NCBI GenBank assembly: GCA_964106645.2
Contig: OZ067043.1
Length of the DNA stretch: 64,000 nucleotides
Strand: one strand, 5' to 3'
Source: Podarcis pityusensis
Lineage: Eukaryota
In this document: positions 12,700-21,066 of the stretch, piece after piece
Layout of the letters: the number at the start of each line of letters is the position of its first letter
How positions within the stretch are numbered: the first letter of the stretch is position 1
The notes under the pieces: model-generated
The model's input: the letters and a program-made list of their open reading frames with translations, nothing else
Told to the model about the DNA's origin: nothing
Databases searched by the model: none
Position numbers and translations under genes: made by a program

Positions 12700-13177
12700 T
12701 TCACCTTGCCGACAAAGGTCCGTATGGTTAAAGCTATGGTTTTCCCAGTAGTGATGTATGGAAGTGAGAGCTGGACCATAAAGAAGGCTGATTGCCGAAG
12801 AATTGATGCTTTTGAATTATGGTGCTGGAGGAGACTCTTGAGAGTCCCATGGACTGCAAGAAGATCAAACCTATCCATTCTGAAGGAAATCAGCCCTGAG
12901 TGCTCACTGGAAGGACAGATCCTGAAGCTGAGGCTCCAATACTTTGGCCACCTCATAAGAAGAGAAGACTCCCTGGAGAAGACCCTGATGTTGGGAAAGA
13001 TGGAGGGCACAAGGACAAGGGGACAACAGAGGACGAGATGGTTGGACAGTGTTCTCGAAGCTACCAGCATGAGTCTGACCAAACTGCGGGAGGCAGTGGA
13101 AGACAGGAGTGCCTGGTGTGCTCTGGTCCATGGGGTCACGAAGAGTCGGATACGACTAAACAACAACAATAACAACA
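12700..13177 (+). mobile_element. BovB/RTE LINE 3' fragment
   Basis: TLPTKVRMVKAMVFPVVMYGSESWTIKKA..RIDAFELWCWRRLLRVPWTARRSN is the BovB ORF C-terminus; (CAA)n tail. Confidence 0.95.
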
Positions 13178-13329
13178 TTTGTAACTTTTTAAAAAACAAC
13201 CCAGAAAGTAACATAAAGCGTCTTATGAAATAATATAACAGCAAATCCAAAAAACATCATAGCATATATAAAAAGGCAGGTCTAATACAACTCACCTCAC
13301 TAAAAATAGGTAAGAGGCCACAAGTATAC

Positions 13330-13750
13330 ATAATACCCTCTAAAGACTGGGTAAAAAGAAACACTTTGGCCTACCGCCTAAAAGTTGCTAATGATGGTAC
13401 CAGGCATGGTTCTCTGGGGAGGACATTCCACAATGAGGGAGCCACCACTGAAAAGGCCTGTTCTCGTGTCACGTTAACCTCTGCACCTCCCTTGCAGGTG
13501 ACAAAGGTCCTAGACAGAGGTGGTCCTTGAGGTATTGGGGTCCTGAGTTGTATAAAGCTTTATAGGTCAAAACCAGCACTTTGAAGTGAGCCCGGAAACT
13601 AATTGGCAGCCAGTGAAGCCATGCCTGAACTATTGTTATAAGCTCAAACTGTCTTGCTCTGGTCAGCAACCTGGCTGCTGAGTTCTGCATCAGCTGCAGT
13701 TTCCAAACGGTCTTCAAAGGCAGCCCCACGTACAGAGCATGGCAGTAATA
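13330..13750 (-). mobile_element. L2 LINE fragment
   Basis: GLPLKTVWKLQLMQNSAARLL..LHWLPISFRAHFKVLVLTYKAL. Confidence 0.85.
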
Positions 13751-13974
13751 TAATTGTTAGATCAATTCAGAGTCCGAAACCCTTGCTGATCCACTGCAAA
13801 AACCTCAAATATCAGTCAGTAGGTCCCGATATACCCTTCTGCCCACCCTTGATGGCGGCAGCCAGTTTTTTATATTCAAAAGAAGCATAGCTGCTTCTCC
13901 AAAACCCTGGGTGGGCTCAAAGCCAACATGTTTGAAAGTCAGTCCCTGCCACATAAGCCAAGCAGAGGTTAAGG

Positions 13975-14112
13975 CAGCCTTTCTCAACCTGTGGGTCCCC
14001 AGATGTTGTTGAACTACAACTCCCATCACCCCTAGCTAGCAAGGCCAGAGCTCAGGGGTGATGGGAGTTGTAGTCCAACAACATCTGGGGACCCACAGGT
14101 TGAGAACCGCTG
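13975..14112. mobile_element. Palindromic hAT (Charlie/Buster-type) MITE
   Basis: Near-perfect fold-back; TSD ggttaagg (13967-13974, 14113-14120). Relatives at ~7490-7610, ~10355-10410, ~23862-23995, 29509-29644 and 53729-53865. Confidence 0.92.
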
Positions 14113-14171
14113 GGTTAAGGTTTAACATGCCACTGGTAACAGGAATATTTAGAGGTGTTGCCTCCCCTTAC

Positions 14172-14296
14172 CCAAAAGGATCTCCAACTACAAGAAAAGC
14201 CACGTCACATTGATGTGCACCCTTCAGGATTGTATCTGCTTCTTGTTCTACAGTTTCTCGGTCGGCGAGAATCAGCTCTTTGCCATAGAACTCCTC
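14172..14296 (-). CDS. DPH5: DPH5 exon 3 (125 nt; not in the ORF track)
   Basis: Reverse complement gives [42 protein letters not shown] with the GDPF SAM-binding motif. Acceptor ttcttttcccccag, donor GTAAGG; phases match the neighbouring exons. Confidence 0.97.
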
Positions 14297-14379
14297 CTGG
14301 GGGAAAAGAATGGGGTTATTATTTCACCCAGAGTTGTATCCCACCATCCCTCCAAAGAACTTAGGGTGCATCTACGTAC

Positions 14380-14514
14380 CAGTGCTTCCTTTCCAACAGT
14401 GAGGATCGATGTGTAGGCTTCCAGGTACACTCGGCTACACTGCTTTATTACCTCCAGGCCTTTAACTGTAATATCTTTGGCATCTCCAAGTCCAAGTCCA
14501 ATCAGGTAAAGCAT
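14380..14514 (-). CDS. DPH5: DPH5 first coding exon (exon 2, coding part; whole exon 14380-14594 incl. 80 nt 5'UTR)
   Basis: Translates [45 protein letters not shown], the N-terminus of diphthine synthase. ATG at 14514, donor GTACGT at 14379, acceptor tttttggcag ending at 14595. Confidence 0.97.
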
Positions 14515-14854
14515 TATTATTATTTTATTATTATTATTAAATTTAAGGAATGGAAAAGAATAGACACCAATTCCAGGGTGGAGGGCTTTGTAACCTGCCA
14601 AAAAGTTGAAACAGAACAAAAAAGCAATCAGAAATTCAGTACATCATTGCTGTTAGTTAATGGAACATTGTAAATAATTTTGTAAATAATTTTGTTCTGT
14701 GAACTGCCCTTTGTTCTGTGAACCGTCCTGAGACCTTCGTGTATAGGGCGGTATATACATTCAATTAAAAACAACAACAAAATAAATAAATAAGGTTTTC
14801 CCCAGCAGAATTTATTTCTAGAATTACAGGTTTCCCTAAGCAGTAAAAGAAGGT

Positions 14855-15076
14855 GGTGTTGTTGTTTAGTCATTTAGTCGTGTCCGACCCTTCGTGACCC
14901 CATGGACCAGAGCACGCCAGGCACTCCTGTCTTCCACTGCCTCCTGCAGTTTGGTCAGACTCATGTTTGTAGCTTCGAGAACACTGTCCAACCATCTCGT
15001 CCTCTGTCGTCCCCTTCTCCTTGTGCCCTCAATCTTTCCCAACATCAGGGTCTTTTCCAGGGAGTCTTCTCTTCTC
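14855..15076 (-). mobile_element. BovB/RTE LINE 3' fragment
   Basis: RREDSLEKTLMLGKIEG..; TSD aaaagaaggt (14845-14854, 15077-15086). Confidence 0.93.
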
Positions 15077-15091
15077 AAAAGAAGGTAATAT

Positions 15092-16257
15092 TTATTTATT
15101 TATTTACGGCTATTAGCCCATAAAGTATGTACAAACATAAAAGCACAGAGGCATAAAGCCGGTATATTCGGCACCAGAAGGTGAAAACCAGAAGGTGAAC
15201 ACCATGATGCAGGGGTGGGTCATTGAGCAGAGCCAGGTAACAGCTTGGGGCCCGGATAGCTCCAAGGGACGGATCCCAGAAAAAGGAAAACTGAAGACGA
15301 GATCCGACATGCACTCTCTTCAAAACTGTCCGATTAGTTTTTGATGTTGTTGTTGTTTTTGGTGGTTTTTGTGTGTGAGATAACCGCATTCAGGAATCTC
15401 GCCACCTGCAGAGTTACAGAAGGATCTGTATCCTGCAAAAGTAGTGCGGCATGTGACTCAACAGGCCTGCCAACCAAGCGTAGTAAAGCAGGACCCAGGA
15501 ATTTAGTCCTGGCTATGCTATGTAGGGGGCAGTTGAACATTATATGTGGGAGAGAATCAACAGTTTTCCCGTCACACCCGCATAGCGGAGACACCAAACC
15601 CTTGGAAAATCTGTGGCTCAGCAGGTTCGATGGAAGGACATTGAACCTTGCACGAATAAATGCAAGTCGGTGTGGTACAGATGAAAGAGATGACATGTAT
15701 GATGGAAGGCCAAGTGGTGGGGTTATTCCGTGATACCTGGGGGAGCAGACACCCCCACCCCCGGCGAGGTTGTGTTGGTTTTCAATGTCTGCTAATCTTT
15801 GCTCAATAAGGCTTTTGGCTGAGCGTAAGTTCATCTTTAAGGAGTCCGCTGGAGAAATTCCGATGCTCAGAAGTTTGGCATGGATTTTTCCTACCCACGG
15901 ATTGACAAAGTCGTCCCGCCAGAGGCACTGAAAAAGGTAATGGTCGGGAAGCCTATGCCAGCTGGACAGCCAATAACCAAAGACTCGCTTCCAGATGACA
16001 GTCTCCAATGATGCAATCCTTAACTCCAGACGTATGGCTGCGTTGCTCACACACATGGGGAGTTTCAGGAGGCGACGGAGAAACTGATTCTGCAATGTCC
16101 CCAACGATGTTAAATTGGACCCTGGGGCCCAGAGCGGGGCAGCATAACAGAGGGTGGAAACCACTTTTGCATGGTACACCTTCAATGCAGAAGGGATGTG
16201 GGAGGCTCCGTCGGCTGCAAAAAATTGGAGTAGAGTATAAAGTATAAAGTATTGTTT
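15092..16257 (-). mobile_element. 5'-truncated RTE-X-like LINE with an open ORF (>283 aa)
   Basis: Post-RT thumb region plus C-terminal CxC..H...C knuckle (LCGCDGKTVDSLPHIMFNC), (TAAA)n tail, TSD gaaggtaatat (15081-15091, 16258-16268). Clade assigned from motif recall. Confidence 0.8.
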
Positions 16258-17515
16258 GAAGGTAATATACGGCTAATATTTATTTGTCACCCAGTGCAAA
16301 ACATCTCTAGGTGAGTTATATACCAATTAAGAAATCATCAAGTTTTGCAATAAAGCAACAATACCCCTCCTCTAAAATTATATACAGCACAGGAAACAGC
16401 AGTAAGCATGGTAGTCATATTCCTACAAAAGCATGGGAGAAGAGGTAGGTTTTAACCTGGCGCCGAAAGGATGTTACTATCAGTTTCATAGATGCAAAGC
16501 CACAACCGAAAAGGCCCTGTCCTTTGTTGCCATCCTCCAAACCTCTCAGAGAAGCACCTGGATAAAGGGTCTCAGGTGATGGGTATGTTCGAGTCAGGAG
16601 ATGCGTACTATTGGATACTGGGGTCCATATGGTGCATTTTGGTTAAACCAGCACTAAGAATCGGGCTCAGAAATGGATTGGTAGTCAGTGCAGCTGCGCC
16701 AGAGATGGCGTTATATGCTCCGATTGCTTTGTTCTGATCGGCAGCCTTGCTGCAATGGCAACACGCAGAGAAGCACTGCTTCGTCCTCCCCCTCCTTTCC
16801 CCAAAGCCAGCCAAGTAAAGTTGTGGCGCTAGGAAACACACTTACCTGGGAGCAAGCAACGCTAAATTCAGTGCACCTAGAAGCAGGTTGCATTTCTACG
16901 CTGGACTGGCACGAAACTCATGCTCACTGGGTGACTTTTGGATTGCCCATTCTCTCTCTCTCTCTCTGCCTAACCCACCTCGCAAGACTGTCGGGAAGTA
17001 GCAAATTGTGCGCTCTCCTGGACTGCTTGGAGGGTGAAAAAGCGGGAAAGAATAGGAGAATTGTATGAACACTTAATTTGGAGTTCCAGCCCCACTACGC
17101 ATGTGTAAACGTGGGTTGCCACTTTTGTTCTGGCAAAATATGGGGCGGGGCATTGTGGTGCTGAAGTGACTTCAAAGCTACCCATTACAATCTATTGCTG
17201 CCTAACACAAAATGGCCCCTCAGGCATCTGTCACACTCCCTCCCTGACACACACACACAAATTTGTAAATCTGCTTGTGCTTGGCTACCCAGAGCTTAAA
17301 TACATACGCGACCTTTCACACATGACCCTTTCAAACGTGCATCTTTGGAAAGACCCAAATCACAGGTTTGCAGAGATGGAAAGGGAGCCAAGGGTCATCT
17401 AGTCCAACCCTCCCTGAGATGCGGGAATCTCACCGAAAGGGAAAGACAGCACAAGACTGTATCGATGATGATGATGATTTATTGAATTTTTATACCGTCC
17501 TATACCCGGGGGTAA

Positions 17516-17872
17516 GGGACGCGGGTGGCGCTGTGGGTTAAACCACAGAGCCTAGGACTTGCTGATCAGAAGGTCGGCGGTTTGAATCCCTGCGACGGGG
17601 TGAGCTCCTGTTGCTCGGTCCCTGCTCCTGCCAACCTAGCAGTTCGAAAGCACGTCAAAGTGCAAGTAGATAAATAGGTACCACTCCGGTGGGACGGTAA
17701 ACGGCGTTCCCATGCGCTGCTCTGGTTCGCCAGAAGCGGCTTAGTTATGCTGGCCACATGACCCGGAAGCTGTATGCCGGCTCCCTCGGCCAATAAAGCG
17801 AGATGAGTGCCGCAACCCCAGAGTCAGCCACAACTGGACCTAATGGTCAGGGGTCCCTTTACCTTTACCTTT
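17516..17872 (+). mobile_element. Sauria SINE inserted in an L2 3' end (~17475-17970)
   Basis: Full tRNA head and ACCTTT tail; 13-bp TSD tatacccgggggt (17501-17513, 17873-17885). Confidence 0.93.
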
Positions 17873-18230
17873 TATACCCGGGGGTCTCAGGCTGGTTCAC
17901 ATAATAAAATCAAGATATAAAACCACAAAATACATAATAAAAATAAAAACAACCACCTAATAGCACCCCCCAGCCCCGAACGCAGCACGACACCGTACCA
18001 ATACAGGATATACACTGGGATACGGGACAACCCCTAAGGTGGCGACCTCGGCTAAGACACGGGTCTGCAAGCTTACGTGAGAACCCCCCCCCACCATCAT
18101 GCACACCTGTGCACGCGTCAATATGCAAAGCACCGATTAGCACCGGCTGCTGCGGCTCCTGCCATTGGCCGGAGAGTCCCATCACTCTTCCGGCCCCCCC
18201 GCCTGCTCCCGCCTCCCCGCTCGGACTCAC

Positions 18231-18290
18231 ACGTGCGCCGCCAGCGGAGCGCTTCTCAAGCCGCCGCCGCCGCTTCCGGGCATCCCCGCC
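18231..18290 (-). other. DPH5: DPH5 putative non-coding exon 1 (5' end uncertain)
   Basis: Consensus donor GTGAGT (18230-18225) on the minus strand inside the CpG island, next to an ETS CCGGAAG motif. Exon 2 has an acceptor upstream of its ATG, so a 5' exon is required. Confidence 0.7.
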
Positions 18291-18413
18291 GCTTTGCCGT
18301 AAAGCGAGCGGCTTCGCGACAGTTTCGCGGCGGCCGGAGCCGAGAGGCCGAAGGAGGAGCGGCTCGTCGTGTGGGGAGGAGGAGATGAAGGAGGCGGCGG
18401 CGGCGGCGCGCGG

Positions 18414-18534
18414 ATGGCGCCTGGGCCGCTGAGGTGGGAGCGGCTCGCCATGAGCGCGTGGGCGGCCGGGAAGGCGCTCGCGGGGCCCTCGGCCCGCCTC
18501 GCCAACGGCCTAGAGATCCCCATGCTGGGGCTGG
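18414..18534 (+). CDS. Aldo-keto reductase exon 1 (alternative in-frame ATG at 18450)
   Basis: MAPGPLRWERLAMSAWAAGKALAGPSARLANGLEIPMLGL(G) matches the AKR N-terminal LxNGxxIPxLGLG motif. Donor G|GTAAGT at 18535; phase 1 matches exon 2. Confidence 0.9.
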
Positions 18535-18547
18535 GTAAGTGCGCAGG

Positions 18548-19065
18548 TCGCCCCCTCGCTCGCCTGGTGGATGACACGCACTACATTCCTATCATAACAT
18601 AACATAACATAACATAACATAACATAACATAACATAACAACATAACATAACATAACATAACATAACATAACATAACATAACGTAAGCCACCCCTCGCTCG
18701 CTTTGCTAATAACACTCATTATATTATTATTATTATTATTATAATATAATAAATATGATATAATATAATACAATATACTATATTATAACATAACGTAAGC
18801 CGCCCCCTCTTGCGCTTTGTTGATGACACACATTATATTCCTATAATATAATATGATATATTATAGTACAATATACCATATTATAACATAACGTAAGCCG
18901 CCCCCTCATGCGCTTTGTTGATGACACTCATATTTCTATAATAATAAAATATAATAAATATAATATAATACAATATAACATATTATAACATAACATAAGC
19001 CGTCCCCTTCTGCACTTTGTTGATGACACTCATTATATTCCTATAATATAATATAATAATATAAC
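18548..19065 (+). repeat. Compound minisatellite (5 units of ~100-135 bp) with a (CATAA)n microsatellite at 18593-18680
   Basis: Recurring core gtaagccgccccctc..gcgctttgttgatgacac.cattatattcctataa followed by AT-rich low-complexity sequence. Confidence 0.92.
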
Positions 19066-19145
19066 CACACACACAAAACCCCGTTCCCGCCTCTTTTCCC
19101 TCTCACGAATCACAAAGCGGCTTGCAAACAAGAAAGGGCAACGGC

Positions 19146-19226
19146 TTAAGGAAGTCAAACCTTGAAATGATTGTATAATTAATGAAATGTATAAATTTGA
19201 AAAGTATAAATAAAAACTTGAAAAAA
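19146..19226 (+). mobile_element. Short L1 3'UTR insertion
   Basis: Similar to the 3'UTR at 51990-52080; A-tail; TSD aagaaagggca(a/g)c(g/a)gc. Confidence 0.7.
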
Positions 19227-20491
19227 AAGAAAGGGCAGCAGCATGAGCGGAACAAACAGCATTTTGTCCTTGCAGTACAAACCCTATGGGATAATCGACA
19301 GATCACCTGCAATGGTTTTATTTGCTTTATTGCATTCACCATCATCATATGCCCACCTTTGATCTTCCAAGGAACCCTGTCAGGTAGGTTAGGCCTCTGG
19401 ATACTTGGGAGTGAAAAGCAATAGGTCAGTCCGTCTGGCTGTTAACCAGAAGGTTGGTGGTTTGAGCTCTCCCTTACTGGGAGCCTCGTTTCATTAAGGA
19501 GATGTTTGGATGGTGATACTTGGCTCTGTGACCGTACCTTAAATCCTGTTCCTCCTCCTGTAGAATTATTCCCCCACACACAACCCAAGTACAGAAAATT
19601 GTGGGGGAAAGAGGGCTTTTGTTTTTGTAGATGTTGGCAGTGAGGCATCAGAAAATGCTCCTTGGTGATGTAATATCTCCTTGCTGGTCCTCTTTGCCTT
19701 AGTTAATCACTTTCCTTTCATCAGTCAAGCATCCAAACATCCCGTGATGATAATGATGAGGATAATGCTAATTAGCCTTTCTGTAGTACACTTCAAGTGT
19801 TCAAAGTGCTTCACCATCTTAATAACCCCTACATAGTAATTAACTCAAAAAATGAAAGGTGGGTGGAAATTCGCATGCATAATAGGCAATGAAAGGGAGC
19901 ATTAAAACCTTTACCTGTGGCTAAGAGAAAAGGAAAGGGTTATTTCTCTGCCTGTCCATGGCCACTATGCTTCATCAGTTCATGGTGATTCAACAGCAGC
20001 ATAGTATTCACCAGCTACTTGCATTCAAGAACTACATAAAATTAGCAGGAGGTCACTCTTCCCTAGTTGCTCAGGCATGCGAGTTTTCATTATGAAGTTT
20101 GGAAAGTCTTTTTCTCTCATCAGTGGAGCAGAGCAAATAAATGTTCTTTCCCTAGCTACGCCCCTTTGAGAAGTGGAGAAAGGGATTATTTTGTTCATTG
20201 AACTGCAGTTGATGGGGGGGGGGAAGGGCTTCCTTGCAGTACGACGCACTCGGCTTTCTCTGGAACTGATCCCGCTGTTAACTTTTTAAAAAGACTCGCA
20301 CACCCTGCAGCTATCAAAACTGGCATCTGGGTTGGCTGCTCAGCAGAGCCCAAGCAATAAGAACTTGCTCTATGTCTGCTAAAATTAGTGGCAAAACTCT
20401 CGTTGATAGTAAGGCACTCCTTGCTGAGGTCTCAAGTAAAATCCCGAAGAGCAGTGTCCTCTTCCTATTGAAAGAATATTTGAAGCTGGTA

Positions 20492-21066
20492 TTGTTGTTT
20501 AGTTGTTTAGTCGTATCCGACTCTTCATGACCCCATGGACCAGAGCACGCCAGGCACGTCTGTCTTCCACTGCCTCCCACAGTTTGGTCAGACTCATGCT
20601 GGTAGCTGTCCAACCATCTCGTCCTCTGTCGTCTCCTTCTCCTTGTGCCCTCCATCTTTCCCAACATCAGGGTCTTTTCCAGGGAGTCTTCTCTTCTCAT
20701 GAGGTGGCCAAAGTATTGGAGCCTCAGCTTCACAATCTATCCTTCCGGTGAGCACTCAGGGTTGATTTCCTTAAGAATGGATAGGTTTGATCTTCTTGCA
20801 GCCCATGGGACTCTCAAGAGTCTCCTCCAGCACCATAATTCAAAAGCATCAATTCTTCGGCGATCAGCCTTCTTGATGGTCCAGCTCTCACTTCCATACA
20901 TCACTACTGGGAAAACCATAGCTTTTACTATACGGACCTTTGTTGGCAGGGTGATGTCTCTACTTTTTAAGATGCTGTCTAGGTTTGTCATTGCTTTTCT
21001 CCCAAGAAGCAGGCGCCTTTTAATTTCGTGGCTGCTGTCACCATCTGCAGTGATCATGGCGCCCAA
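20492..21066 (-). mobile_element. BovB/RTE LINE 3' fragment
   Basis: FLGAMITADGDSSHEIKRRLLLGRKAMTNLDSILKSRDITLPTKV..; TSD gaagctggta (20482-20491, 21067-21076). Confidence 0.95.

Larger units (their letters stand above)
17975..18580. promoter_or_regulatory. CpG-island bidirectional promoter shared by DPH5 and the AKR gene
   Basis: Most extended CpG/GC-rich non-repeat stretch in the window. It holds ETS sites (cttccgg ~18188 and ~18273), E2F-like TTTCGCGG 18323-18330, E-box CACGTG 18230-18235, CCAAT-like motifs (~17998, ~18164) and GC boxes, with divergent first exons. Confidence 0.88.

Noticed and set aside
15334-16185. 283-aa ORF as a novel host gene or domesticated protein
   Set aside because: It is 5'-truncated mid-domain, has a simple-repeat tail and an 11-bp TSD, and lacks an ATG start; it is a young LINE fragment.
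17516-17600. tRNA genes (also ~5970-6050, ~29380-29440, ~54350-54410)
   Set aside because: The A/B-box heads continue into SINE bodies and tails, some with TSDs; they are tRNA-derived SINEs.
18548-19065. CRISPR-like array (conserved ~45-bp core with variable spacers)
   Set aside because: Vertebrate intron with no cas genes. The spacers are mutually related low-complexity AT runs and the repeat derives from the adjacent intron start, so it is a minisatellite.
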